A model generated the notes under the pieces. The model saw only the letters and a program-made list of their open reading frames with translations. It had not been told where the DNA came from and did no database searches. A stretch of DNA of 52,295 nucleotides, taken from Actinobacteria bacterium BACL4 MAG-120820-bin23 (GTDB lineage Bacteria > Actinomycetota > Actinomycetes > Nanopelagicales > Nanopelagicaceae). The stretch lies in contig LIBD01000001.1 of the NCBI GenBank assembly GCA_001437855.1, positions 1 to 52,295 on the forward strand, read 5' to 3'. Below are positions 1 through 9,568 of the stretch, piece by piece. The position numbers and the translations under genes were made by a program. The stretch's first letter is position 1, and every line of letters starts with the position of its first letter.

Positions 1-582
1 CATACTTTAAATGACCAAGCTGAAACTGTATTGCTTGGCTTAGCTCGAGGCTCTGGAACTAGATCACTATCAGGAATGTCTGTAAAAAATAATGTATTTG
101 TAAGGCCGCTGCTACAAATCTCAAGGGCAGTCACTGAAGCTGCTTGCATTGAGGGTGGAGTTAATATTTGGCAGGATCCGCATAATAATGATCAAAGATT
201 TACGCGAGTTAGAGTGAGAAAAAATGTATTACCAGTTATTGAAGAAAACTTAGGCCCGAAAATTACTGAGGCACTTGCCAGGAGTGCTGATCTATTACGA
301 GATGATGCAGATGCATTAGATGGCTTTGCTAATGAGTTTATTAATCAGGTTAATCCACTTGATTTAGATGTTAAAGATCTAGAACGTCTACCTAGAGCAA
401 TCCGGACTCGGGTTTTACGACTTGCGATTTATATTGCGGGTGCGCCAAGTGGCACTCTTTCAGCTGACCATATTTCAGCGGTAGAAGGCTTGGTCTCTGA
501 TTGGCACGGCCAAAAAGAGGTATCACTACCTGGAAATGTGAAGGTTTTAAGAAATTCAGGCAGAATTACCCTCTCAACCTAA
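1..582 (+). CDS. tilS: tRNA(Ile)-lysidine synthetase, 5'-truncated by the window edge
   Basis: Frame is open from base 1 (HTLNDQAETVLLGLARGSG). RPLL and DPHN...RVRVR motifs are present. Canonical tilS-hpt-ftsH order. Confidence 0.95.
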   Translation, partial: HTLNDQAETVLLGLARGSGTRSLSGMSVKNNVFVRPLLQISRAVTEAACIEGGVNIWQDPHNNDQRFTRVRVRKNVLPVIEENLGPKITEALARSADLLRDDADALDGFANEFINQVNPLDLDVKDLERLPRAIRTRVLRLAIYIAGAPSGTLSADHISAVEGLVSDWHGQKEVSLPGNVKVLRNSGRITLST

Positions 583-595
583 TCAAAGGAGAATT

Positions 596-1147
596 GTGGA
601 TCTTTCAGCCCTTGGTAACGATATCGAAAGAGTTGTTGCTAGCGAAGAACAAATCCAAACTCGCCTTAAAGAGTTAGCTGAACAAGTAAAAAAAGATTAT
701 GAAGGTAGAGATTTAATTCTTGTCGGAGTTTTAAAAGGCGCCGTTATGGCGATGGCTGATTTTTCACGTTACTTGCAACGCCATGTCGATATGGATTGGA
801 TGGCTGTTTCTTCATACGGTGCTGGAACTAAATCAAGTGGCGTAGTAAGAATTTTAAAAGATTTAGATGGAGATATATTAGGAAGAGAAGTTTTAATCAT
901 TGAGGATATTTTAGATACCGGATTAACACTTTCTTGGCTGACTGAAAACTTGCTATCACGTGGAGCCAAGTCAGTAACAGTATTGACTGTGCTTCGTAAG
1001 CCAGATGCTGCTACCGTCAAAGTAGAGGCAAAGTATGTTGGCTTTGATGTTCCTAGTGAATTCGTAGTTGGCTATGGCTTAGATTTCAATCAGAAGTATC
1101 GAAATTTGCCTTTTATTGGCGTTCTTGCCAAACACCTTTATTCTTAA
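596..1147 (+). CDS. hpt: Hypoxanthine phosphoribosyltransferase
   Basis: GVLKGA, SSYG, PRPP-binding VLIIEDILDTGLTL, FVVGYGLD motifs. SD AAAGGAGA precedes the GTG start. Confidence 0.97.
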   Translation: MDLSALGNDIERVVASEEQIQTRLKELAEQVKKDYEGRDLILVGVLKGAVMAMADFSRYLQRHVDMDWMAVSSYGAGTKSSGVVRILKDLDGDILGREVLIIEDILDTGLTLSWLTENLLSRGAKSVTVLTVLRKPDAATVKVEAKYVGFDVPSEFVVGYGLDFNQKYRNLPFIGVLAKHLYS

Positions 1148-1182
1148 GTCCCTTGAGTAGTAAAAAGAAAGCGATGTAATCG

Positions 1183-3240
1183 GTGGCGCAAAAAAAGAAG
1201 TTCAAACTTCCTGAGTTTAAAGGGATTAGGACTGGAAAAAAGTCCACTAAACCTTCACCTCAAATGGCACGCAGAATTTTCCGTGGCCCACTATTTTGGA
1301 TAATCGCTGCCCTGATTGCTGTAAGTATTTTTGGTCAGATTTCTACAACTGGAAAAGAATTTACCAAAGTTGAGACATCTGAGATTCTAAATCAGATTTC
1401 ACAAAATAATGTTAAGTCAGCCCTTGTAATTGATCGCGATCAGAAAGTTCAGATCATTTTAAAAGATGGGGAATTTGTTGGTGGTGCATCAAAACTTGAG
1501 GCCTCATACGTTGTTGGCCAAGAAGCACTAATTGTTGAACTTTTAACCAGTAATCCACCAACTACAAATTGGGATGTGGAAGTTCCAAAGCAATCATTTT
1601 TTGTTTCATTAATTTTAAGCATTCTGCCAATTTTATTAATTATCTTTTTACTACTTTTGTTTATGGGTGGTGGACAAGGCGGAAGAGTTTTCTCCTTTGG
1701 AAAATCGCGAGCAAAATTACACAATAAAGAGATTCCAACAAATACTTTTGCTGATGTAGCTGGAGCTGATGAAGCGGTTGCAGAATTACGCGAAATTAAA
1801 GATTTTCTGGCCAGCCCAGATAAGTACAAAGCTATCGGAGCAAAAATACCAAAAGGTGTTTTGCTTTATGGTCCGCCAGGAACCGGTAAAACATTATTAG
1901 CACGAGCTGTAGCTGGGGAGGCAAAAGTTCCTTTCTATTCAATCTCTGGCTCTGAATTCGTAGAAATGTTTGTAGGTGTTGGTGCCTCTAGAGTACGAGA
2001 TTTATTTGCACAAGCAAAACAAAATTCACCAGCGATTATATTTATAGATGAAATTGATGCGGTTGGTCGTCAGCGAGGAGCTGGCTTAGGTGGTGGTAAT
2101 GATGAGCGTGAACAAACCTTAAATCAATTATTGGTTGAAATGGATGGGTTTGATGCAAACGGCCAAGTAATTTTAATTGCAGCCACAAATCGTCCAGATG
2201 TATTAGATCCAGCTTTGTTAAGACCGGGACGTTTTGATCGACAAATTACGGTTGATAGGCCGGACTTGAAAGGACGGGCCGCGATTCTTGCTGTGCACGC
2301 AAAGAATAAAATGGTTACAAAGGATGTTGATTTAAATAATTATGCTAAACGTACACCTGGCTTTACAGGTGCGGATTTGGCAAATGTATTAAACGAAGCA
2401 GCTCTTTTAGCAGCCCGCGAAGATAGAAAAACTATTAAGAATGCCGATATTGATGAAGCGATTGATCGCGTTATGGCTGGTCCACAAAAAGTATCTCGCC
2501 TAATGACTGAAGAAGAGAGAAGAATTACTGCATACCATGAGGGCGGACATGCTTTAGTAGCGCATGCGCTTCCCCATACAGATCCAGTCCACAAAGTAAC
2601 AATCATGCCAAGAGGTAGAGCGCTTGGTTACACAATGGTGCTACCAGATGAAGATCGTTATGCAGTTACTCGAAATCAAATGCTTGATCAATTGGCTTAC
2701 ACAATGGGTGGGCGTGCGGCAGAAGAGTTAATTTTCCATGATCCAACAACGGGTGCATCCAACGACATTGAAAAGGCTACTAATTTGGCACGAGCCATGG
2801 TTACCCAGTATGGAATGACACAAAAACTTGGTGCAATCAAATTAGGTATTTCAGACTCGCAACCATTTTTAGGTAGAGATTACGGTCATCAACGAGATTA
2901 CTCCGAGGATGTGGCAGCTATTGTTGATAGTGAAATAAGAGTAATGATTGAAAATGCACACCAAGAAGCATTTGATATTTTGGTGGTAAATCGAGAAATC
3001 TTAGACTCCTTAGTTGAAGTACTGCTTGAAAAAGAGACTTTAAATAAAGAAGAAATCGAAGCAATTTTCAAGAAAGTTAAAAAAGTAAAATCAAGAGCAC
3101 CTTGGACAGGCTCTCAAAGTAGAGTGCCCTCTAATCAACCTCCGGTTGCGCTAAGGCCGGCAAAAGTTAAAGAGGTTGAAGTAGAAAAATCTGTAAAGAA
3201 AACACCTTCAAAAAAGATCGAAAAGGATTTAAGTGAGTGA
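1183..3240 (+). CDS. ftsH: ATP-dependent zinc metalloprotease FtsH
   Basis: Two TM segments, Walker A GPPGTGKT, Walker [12 protein letters not shown], zinc motif HEGGH. Alternative start ATG at 1264. Confidence 0.98.
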   Translation: MAQKKKFKLPEFKGIRTGKKSTKPSPQMARRIFRGPLFWIIAALIAVSIFGQISTTGKEFTKVETSEILNQISQNNVKSALVIDRDQKVQIILKDGEFVGGASKLEASYVVGQEALIVELLTSNPPTTNWDVEVPKQSFFVSLILSILPILLIIFLLLLFMGGGQGGRVFSFGKSRAKLHNKEIPTNTFADVAGADEAVAELREIKDFLASPDKYKAIGAKIPKGVLLYGPPGTGKTLLARAVAGEAKVPFYSISGSEFVEMFVGVGASRVRDLFAQAKQNSPAIIFIDEIDAVGRQRGAGLGGGNDEREQTLNQLLVEMDGFDANGQVILIAATNRPDVLDPALLRPGRFDRQITVDRPDLKGRAAILAVHAKNKMVTKDVDLNNYAKRTPGFTGADLANVLNEAALLAAREDRKTIKNADIDEAIDRVMAGPQKVSRLMTEEERRITAYHEGGHALVAHALPHTDPVHKVTIMPRGRALGYTMVLPDEDRYAVTRNQMLDQLAYTMGGRAAEELIFHDPTTGASNDIEKATNLARAMVTQYGMTQKLGAIKLGISDSQPFLGRDYGHQRDYSEDVAAIVDSEIRVMIENAHQEAFDILVVNREILDSLVEVLLEKETLNKEEIEAIFKKVKKVKSRAPWTGSQSRVPSNQPPVALRPAKVKEVEVEKSVKKTPSKKIEKDLSE

Positions 3241-3853
3241 GGTTAACTCAGTCTCTATGGGACCACATGATGGTGGTGCCAAGAAAGAGTTTGACCAAGA
3301 ACGGGCAGAAAAAGCTGTAACAGAGCTACTTTATGCAATAGGTGAAGATCCAAACCGGGATGGCTTGAAAGATACACCAAAAAGATTTGCCAAAGCGTTG
3401 TTAGAAAATTTTGCTGGCCTTTGGCAAAAACCTGAAGATGTTTTAACAACCACATTTGATATCGGACACAGAGAGCTTGTAATTGTTAGAGACATAGAAA
3501 TTTTTTCGCATTGCGAGCATCATTTAACCCCATTTCATGGCCTGGCTCATATTGGTTACATTCCAGGTGAGAGTGGAAGAATTACGGGAATTTCAAAACT
3601 TGCTCGATTAGTTGATCTTTATGCTCGCAGACCTCAAGTGCAAGAAAGATTAACATCGCAAGTTGCAGATGCACTAGTTGAAATATTAGAGCCTGGAGGG
3701 GTCATAGTAATTATTGATTGTGAACACTTATGTATGTCTATGCGTGGAGTTAGAAAGTCTCAAGCTAGGACAACGACCAGTGCTGTTCGTGGGCAATTAC
3801 TAAACCCAACAACAAGAGCTGAAGCAATTTCTTTAATTAATCAATCTAGGTAA
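3233..3853 (+). CDS. folE: GTP cyclohydrolase I
   Basis: [35 protein letters not shown] motifs. Confidence 0.97.
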   Translation: MSEVNSVSMGPHDGGAKKEFDQERAEKAVTELLYAIGEDPNRDGLKDTPKRFAKALLENFAGLWQKPEDVLTTTFDIGHRELVIVRDIEIFSHCEHHLTPFHGLAHIGYIPGESGRITGISKLARLVDLYARRPQVQERLTSQVADALVEILEPGGVIVIIDCEHLCMSMRGVRKSQARTTTSAVRGQLLNPTTRAEAISLINQSR

Positions 3854-3855
3854 AA

Positions 3856-4653
3856 ATGAGTAAAACATTAGTAATGGGAATTCTAAACATTACCCCAGAT
3901 TCATTCGCTGATGGCGGTAAATACTTTTCAAAAGATGCTGCAATAAATCATGGCAGAAGGTTGATTACAGAGGGTGCAGACATTATCGATGTTGGAGGTG
4001 AGTCAACTAGACCTGGTGCAGAACGCGTTAGTGAAGATGAAGAACTTAGTAGAGTTATTCCAGTAGTTGAAGAACTGGTAAAAGATGGTGCAGTTATAAG
4101 TGTGGACACAATGCGCGCTAACGTGGCTAAAGAAGCAATCGGAAAAGGTGCTTCATATATTAATGATGTAAGTGGTGGCCTAGCCGATGAAAAAATGTCA
4201 GATGTTATTGCTAAAAATCCAAAGATTCAGTACGTAGTTATGCATTGGCGGGGCCATTCAAAGGATATGCAAAGTAATACTGAGTATAAAGATGTCGTTC
4301 GTGATGTAAAAGAAGAATTAGACGAAAGGGCCATTTCTTTAATCAATCAAGGAGTAAGCGCAGAACAAATAATTTTAGACCCAGGCATTGGTTTTGCTAA
4401 AACTAGTGAACATAATTGGTCACTATTACAAAATATTGAAAGATTACAAATGCTTGGTTATCCATTACTAGTCGGAGTTTCTCGGAAGAGATTCTTAGGC
4501 GAATTGATTAACTCTAAAGAACCAGATTCAAGGGAGTTTGCCACAATAGCTTTAACAACCGAGTTAGCTCGCCAGCAGGTTTGGGCAGTAAGAACTCATT
4601 CAGTCAAAGCACATAAGGATGCAATCTCTGTAATCGAACGGCTTCGAAAATGA
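3856..4653 (+). CDS. folP: Dihydropteroate synthase
   Basis: MGILNITPDSFADGG, DVGGESTRPG, DPGIGFAK, GVSRKRF motifs. Confidence 0.97.
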   Translation: MSKTLVMGILNITPDSFADGGKYFSKDAAINHGRRLITEGADIIDVGGESTRPGAERVSEDEELSRVIPVVEELVKDGAVISVDTMRANVAKEAIGKGASYINDVSGGLADEKMSDVIAKNPKIQYVVMHWRGHSKDMQSNTEYKDVVRDVKEELDERAISLINQGVSAEQIILDPGIGFAKTSEHNWSLLQNIERLQMLGYPLLVGVSRKRFLGELINSKEPDSREFATIALTTELARQQVWAVRTHSVKAHKDAISVIERLRK

Positions 4654-5006
4654 GCGACAAAATATTAGTTAAAGGTATCTCCGCTAAGGGGTTTCATGGT
4701 GTACTTAAAAGTGAACAGATTAAAGGTCAAAAATTTATTATTGATATTGAATTGAGTTTAGTTCTTAAAAATTTGCGAGATGATCTTAATAAAACAGTTA
4801 ACTATGCAGAGGTTACTGAAATAGTTGTAAAACACATAACAGGAAAACCTGTTCTTCTTATTGAAACTCTTGCAGAAAATATTGCCAACGAAGTATTAAG
4901 TCAATATAAGAAAGTAAATAATGTTTTAGTTACTGTACATAAACCTAAAGCGCCTATTAAATTCAAATTTAAAGATGTGCAGGTTCAAATAGAAGTCAAA
5001 AGATGA
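4650..5006 (+). CDS. folB: Dihydroneopterin aldolase
   Basis: GFHGV..E, TVNYAE, LIETLAE, VHKPKAPI motifs. Lies between folP and folK with ATGA overlaps. Confidence 0.95.
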   Translation: MSDKILVKGISAKGFHGVLKSEQIKGQKFIIDIELSLVLKNLRDDLNKTVNYAEVTEIVVKHITGKPVLLIETLAENIANEVLSQYKKVNNVLVTVHKPKAPIKFKFKDVQVQIEVKR

Positions 5007-5458
5007 AGGCCGTAATTGCTTTAGGTTCAAATATTGAAAATAGAAAGCTCAATTTAGATATTGCCATAACGCATCTTGAAAAGTTAATATCTAACCTTGT
5101 TACATCTAAGTACATTGAAACTAAGGCTGTTGGTGGGCCAATCCAGGCAGATTATTTAAATGCAGTTGCATTTGGTGAGTCAGAATTAGAAGCTGAAGAA
5201 CTTTTAAAAAGGTTACTTGAAATAGAAAATACGATGGGCAGGGTCAGAATAGAGAAATGGGGGCCGAGATTAATTGATTTAGATTTAATAGTTTTTGGGG
5301 ATCAGATAATAGATTCAGGTATTTTAAAGCTGCCACATCCACTTGCCCACACAAGAGAGTTTGTGATTGGTCCTTGGCTTTCCATAGATCCAAACGGTTT
5401 TATTCCAGGTATTGGGGAGATTAAAACAGTTTTGGCATCTTTAACTCAAAAGAGTTAA
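5003..5458 (+). CDS. folK: 2-amino-4-hydroxy-6-hydroxymethyldihydropteridine diphosphokinase
   Basis: ALGSN, YLNAV, RIEKWGPRLIDLDL, LPHP motifs. Confidence 0.96.
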   Translation: MKAVIALGSNIENRKLNLDIAITHLEKLISNLVTSKYIETKAVGGPIQADYLNAVAFGESELEAEELLKRLLEIENTMGRVRIEKWGPRLIDLDLIVFGDQIIDSGILKLPHPLAHTREFVIGPWLSIDPNGFIPGIGEIKTVLASLTQKS

Positions 5459-5461
5459 ACT
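5456..5461 (+). promoter_or_regulatory. Putative -10 element (TAAACT) for the panC operon, overlapping the folK stop codon
   Basis: TANNNT hexamer ending 9 nt before the leader hairpin. Implies a TSS near 5468. Confidence 0.5.
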
Positions 5462-5470
5462 TAATATCTA

Positions 5471-5496
5471 GCCCGGTACCCGGAAAGGACTGGAGC
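5471..5496 (+). promoter_or_regulatory. Candidate cis-regulatory RNA hairpin (pan-motif-like) covering the panC RBS
   Basis: GCCCGGTACCCGGAAAGGACTGGAGC folds into a 9-bp stem with bulged A5478 and A5494. SD AAAGGA (5484-5489) lies in the loop and 3' arm. ATG at 5498. Confidence 0.5.
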
Positions 5497-5497
5497 A

Positions 5498-6286
5498 ATG
5501 ATAGAAATTCATAAATCCGCTGCAGATTTCGCACGCCAAAAATACGATGTATTGGTACCAACTATGGGTGCTCTTCATGCAGGACATGAGTCATTAATTA
5601 AAATCGGTAAATCTTCAGGGAAAAAAGTCTTAGTTAGTATTTTTATTAATCCGCTTCAATTCGAAAATAAAAATGATCTTGAGAATTACCCCAAATCAGT
5701 TGAAAAGGATTTAGCGTTGGCTGAATCTGCAGGTGCTGATGGAATTTTTATTCCAAGCAAAGAGGAAATTTATCCAGGAAAGGTAGATGAAGTTTCAGCC
5801 GGTGAGTTAGGTGAAATTTACGAAGGGAAATCTAGACCTAGTCATTTTAATGGGGTACTAACTGTAGTTAAAAGACTTTTTGAAATATCTAGCCCCCGTA
5901 TGGCAGTTTTTGGTGAAAAGGATTTCCAGCAACTATTTTTGATTAAAAAAATGGTTAAAGAATATGGTTTACCGATTGAAATATCAGCAGCTCCTACTAT
6001 CAGAGATGAATTTGGACTTGCTCTTTCCTCGCGGAATATGTTTCTAGATATCGACCAAAAGAAAAGTGCACAAGTACTTTTTCGAACGTTACAAAAGTCT
6101 AGTATCGATGAAATGAAGCAAGAGATTAAAAATGAACCTAACTTTAAGTTAGATTATTTAGAGATTATTAATGAGGAGTCCTTTTTAAAAGCAGATAAAA
6201 GCACTCGATATAAGCGTGGAATCATTGCTGGCTGGATTAATCAAGTTAGATTAATCGATAATATGCAGGTGAGTTTTACATCATGA
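5498..6286 (+). CDS. panC: Pantoate--beta-alanine ligase
   Basis: VPTMGALHAGH, SIFINPLQF, RPSHFNGV, FGEKDFQQ, LALSSRN, RLIDN motifs. Confidence 0.97.
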   Translation: MIEIHKSAADFARQKYDVLVPTMGALHAGHESLIKIGKSSGKKVLVSIFINPLQFENKNDLENYPKSVEKDLALAESAGADGIFIPSKEEIYPGKVDEVSAGELGEIYEGKSRPSHFNGVLTVVKRLFEISSPRMAVFGEKDFQQLFLIKKMVKEYGLPIEISAAPTIRDEFGLALSSRNMFLDIDQKKSAQVLFRTLQKSSIDEMKQEIKNEPNFKLDYLEIINEESFLKADKSTRYKRGIIAGWINQVRLIDNMQVSFTS

Positions 6287-7887
6287 GATTATTAACGGGT
6301 AAACCTGGCTGGAGTACCAGTGCAGATGTTGTTGTAATTGGATCTGGTGTAGCTGGTTTAACAACTGCTCTTAATCTTCGGTCACATGACTTATCAGTTT
6401 TACTTGTCACCAAAGCCACAATTGATGAAGGCTCAACAAAGTGGGCACAAGGTGGAATTGCTGCTGCGCTAGGACCTGGGGATACACCAGGCCAACACAA
6501 AAAAGACACATTAATTGCCGGTGCTGGTTTGTGTGACATCAAAGCTGTTGATGTCTTAGTTTCAGAAGGCCCAGAAGCAGTAAGAAAACTAATTGCACAA
6601 GGTGCTGTGTTTGATAAATCTGCAACCGGTGAGATTGCACTAACTCGTGAGGGTGGACATTTAAGAGATCGAATTCTTCATGCTGGTGGTGATGCAACTG
6701 GAGCTGAAGTATCAAGAGCTCTACTGGCTGCAGTAAAAGATGACAAAGGTATTGAGATCATCGAACATGCCCTTGCAATAGATGCACTAAAAAGTAAAAC
6801 TGGCCGAGTTTGCGGCGTAGTTCTGCATGTAATTGGCGCAGGAAGTAGAGATGGTGTTGGAATGGCTTTAGCTAAAGCTGTAGTAATTGCAACTGGTGGA
6901 TTAGGACAAGTTTATTCACAAACCACAAACCCTTCAGTTTCAACTGGTGATGGTGTTGCTTTGGCCTTACGCGCAGGAGCTAAGGTTGCAGATGTTGAGT
7001 TCATACAATTCCACCCAACTGTTTTATGGCGAGATTTGGCGAACAGGGGTCAACAACCATTGATCAGTGAAGCAGTTCGTGGTGAAGGGGCTATTTTGTT
7101 AAATCATAAGAATGAGCAATTTATGATTGGTAAGCACCCACAAGCAGACCTTGCTCCCAGAGATATTGTTTCTAAAGAAATTTTTAATCAAATGCAAGAA
7201 AGTGGTCAACCTTTTGTATGGCTAGATGCAACTAAAGTAAAAGATTTTAAAAATAGATTCCCAACAATCTATGCCTCATGTCTAGCAAATGGGATTGACC
7301 CAACTACTGAAAAAATACCTGTCGCACCCGCTTCTCATTATGCTTCAGGCGGCGTCAGAGTTGATTTAGATGGGCAATCTTCGGTAGCTGGGCTATATGT
7401 TTGTGGAGAGTCAGCATGTACAGGTGCACATGGTGCAAACCGGCTTGCCTCAAATTCATTACTAGAAGGATTAGTTTTTGGCGCCAGAATTGCTGCTGCA
7501 TTAGCCAAGAATTTACCAAATCAAGAAGATCCAATTGAAGATAATAGAACTAATCTGCTTGACCCTAAAATTGTTTTAACGTTACAAATTTCAATGAGTG
7601 AAGGCGCTGGCGTAATGCGTAATGAAGCTTCTTTACGTAAGACAATGCAAACTTTAAGTGAGTTATCAAAACTAACAAGCGAGCAACCAGAAATACAATC
7701 TTGGGAGGCTTCAAACCTTCATTTACTTGCCACAGCGATAGTGAATTCTGCGCTTACCAGAAAAGAGTCTCGCGGTTCACATTGGCGAAGTGATTACCCT
7801 AATATTTCAGATGAATGGTTATGTCGAATTACTGGTGAACTAGATTCAAATGGAAAATGGAAGACAGAATTGGAGCCAGTTAAATGA
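6283..7887 (+). CDS. nadB: L-aspartate oxidase
   Basis: FAD motif GSGVAG, AQGGIAA, REGGH, QFHPT, SEAVRGEG, HGANRLASNSL, ESRGSH. Adjacent to nadC. Confidence 0.96.
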   Translation: MRLLTGKPGWSTSADVVVIGSGVAGLTTALNLRSHDLSVLLVTKATIDEGSTKWAQGGIAAALGPGDTPGQHKKDTLIAGAGLCDIKAVDVLVSEGPEAVRKLIAQGAVFDKSATGEIALTREGGHLRDRILHAGGDATGAEVSRALLAAVKDDKGIEIIEHALAIDALKSKTGRVCGVVLHVIGAGSRDGVGMALAKAVVIATGGLGQVYSQTTNPSVSTGDGVALALRAGAKVADVEFIQFHPTVLWRDLANRGQQPLISEAVRGEGAILLNHKNEQFMIGKHPQADLAPRDIVSKEIFNQMQESGQPFVWLDATKVKDFKNRFPTIYASCLANGIDPTTEKIPVAPASHYASGGVRVDLDGQSSVAGLYVCGESACTGAHGANRLASNSLLEGLVFGARIAAALAKNLPNQEDPIEDNRTNLLDPKIVLTLQISMSEGAGVMRNEASLRKTMQTLSELSKLTSEQPEIQSWEASNLHLLATAIVNSALTRKESRGSHWRSDYPNISDEWLCRITGELDSNGKWKTELEPVK

Positions 7888-8756
7888 ATCAATTAAGAGA
7901 TAATTTAAAATTGATTGGGTTGTCACCAAATCATATTTTCCAACAAGTAAAAGATGCAATTGCTGAAGATTTAGCAGGAGGTGAGGATGTAACCTCAAAT
8001 GCGACTATTTCAGATTCACAAGTATCTACAGCCGACTTTATATCTAAAGCTGATGGAGTTGTCAGTGGCCTACATGTTGCAGCAGCTGTTTTAGAGTATT
8101 GCGGAGTTAATAATTATGAAGTTTTAGTCGATGAAGGTATGCAAGTTAAATCTGGGAAAGTATTGATTACAGCTCAAGGCAATACAAAAAAATTACTTCT
8201 AGCCGAGAGAACTGCACTTAACTTTCTCTCACATTTAAGTGGTATTTCAACTTTAACAAATAAGTGGGTAATTCAGACAGCTGGGACTAAATGCAAAATT
8301 AGAGATACTAGAAAAACTACCCCCGGACTTAGGCAGCTAGAAAAGTTTGCGGTAAAAATGGGTGGTGGAGAGAATCACCGACTTTCACTATCTCACTCAG
8401 TATTACTTAAGGATAATCACATTATTGCTGCTGGTGGTATTGCGAAGGCATTTAAATTAATCAAAGAAAAATACCCAACTAAAGAGTTAGAGATAGAGGT
8501 TGACAACTTAGATCAGTTAGCTGAAGTTATTTTACTTCAGCCAAATTTGGTTTTACTAGACAACATGAGTGTAGATGAGTGCCAAAAAGCAGTTGAAATA
8601 GTAAAAGGTAAATTTCAGTTAGAAGCTTCAGGAGGTCTAACTTTAGAAAATGCTAAGGCCTATGCGCAGACTGGGGTTGATTACTTAGCTGTTGGTGCAT
8701 TAACTCACTCAGCTCCAGTTTTTGACATCGGACTAGATTTTAGAAAGGGAAAATAA
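7884..8756 (+). CDS. nadC: Nicotinate-nucleotide pyrophosphorylase (carboxylating)
   Basis: ERTALN, DTRKTTPG, NHR, KDNH, EIEVD, LLDNM, EASGG motifs. Confidence 0.97.
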   Translation: MNQLRDNLKLIGLSPNHIFQQVKDAIAEDLAGGEDVTSNATISDSQVSTADFISKADGVVSGLHVAAAVLEYCGVNNYEVLVDEGMQVKSGKVLITAQGNTKKLLLAERTALNFLSHLSGISTLTNKWVIQTAGTKCKIRDTRKTTPGLRQLEKFAVKMGGGENHRLSLSHSVLLKDNHIIAAGGIAKAFKLIKEKYPTKELEIEVDNLDQLAEVILLQPNLVLLDNMSVDECQKAVEIVKGKFQLEASGGLTLENAKAYAQTGVDYLAVGALTHSAPVFDIGLDFRKGK

Positions 8757-9529
8757 TGTTACTTGCAATAGATGTAGGAAATACCAACACAGTACTGGGA
8801 GTTTTTAACGGCGATATTTTAGAGCACTCATGGCGAGTTAAAACAGACCCAAGGGATACAGCAGATGAGTTATGGCTGCAATACAGTTCATTGGTAGAAG
8901 GCTTTGATATTACAGGTATTGCAATTTGTTCAACAGTTCCTGCGGTATTACGTGAGGTAAGAAAACTAGTAAATGATCATTACTCTGATTTAAAAAGTGT
9001 GATTATTGAACCTGGCGTAAAGACCGGCGTACCTTTATTAGTTGATAATCCGAAAGAGATTGGTGCAGATCGAATAGTTAATACCTTAGCCGCATCTACT
9101 TTATATGGAAAAGATGGACCAGCTATTGTGGTTGATTTTGGCACCTCAACAAATTTAGATGTTGTCTCTCCCAAGGGTGAATTTTTAGGAGGAGCTTTAG
9201 CGCCAGGGATAGAAATTTCTGTTGAAGCTCTTGCCGCTAGAGCAGCTCAGTTAAGAAAAGTAGAATTAATTAAGCCAAAATCAGTAATTGGTAAAAATAC
9301 CGTAGAAGCGCTGCAATCTGGAACTATTTTTGGCTTTGCTGGCCAAGTAGATGGCTTGGTTAATCGAATTATTGATGAACTTGAAGAGCTATATCCAAAT
9401 TCAGGTGATGTATCGGTGATTGCAACTGGTGGACTTGCACCACTAGTGCTGGGTATTAGCGAAAGTATTGAATTTCATGAGCCAGATCTAACACTTATTG
9501 GATTGCGCTTAGTACATGAGCGTAATTAA
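8756..9529 (+). CDS. coaX: Type III pantothenate kinase
   Basis: LLAIDVGNTN, EIGADR, VVDFGT, GGALAPG, ATGG motifs. Confidence 0.96.
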   Translation: MLLAIDVGNTNTVLGVFNGDILEHSWRVKTDPRDTADELWLQYSSLVEGFDITGIAICSTVPAVLREVRKLVNDHYSDLKSVIIEPGVKTGVPLLVDNPKEIGADRIVNTLAASTLYGKDGPAIVVDFGTSTNLDVVSPKGEFLGGALAPGIEISVEALAARAAQLRKVELIKPKSVIGKNTVEALQSGTIFGFAGQVDGLVNRIIDELEELYPNSGDVSVIATGGLAPLVLGISESIEFHEPDLTLIGLRLVHERN

Positions 9530-9568
9530 TTCATAACAGCAGCCAGCAGCGATAGGATTTAACACATT

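Noticed and set aside
1152-1172. CTTGAGT upstream of ftsH, resembling an HspR (HAIR) operator
   Set aside because: Only one half-site. The position for ACTCAAG reads AGAAAGC.
9530-9568. Short CAGCAGCCAGCAGC repeat upstream of lysS as a T-box or riboswitch remnant
   Set aside because: The gap is only 39 nt with no stable structure. It is explained as promoter spacer before TAGGAT (9553-58).
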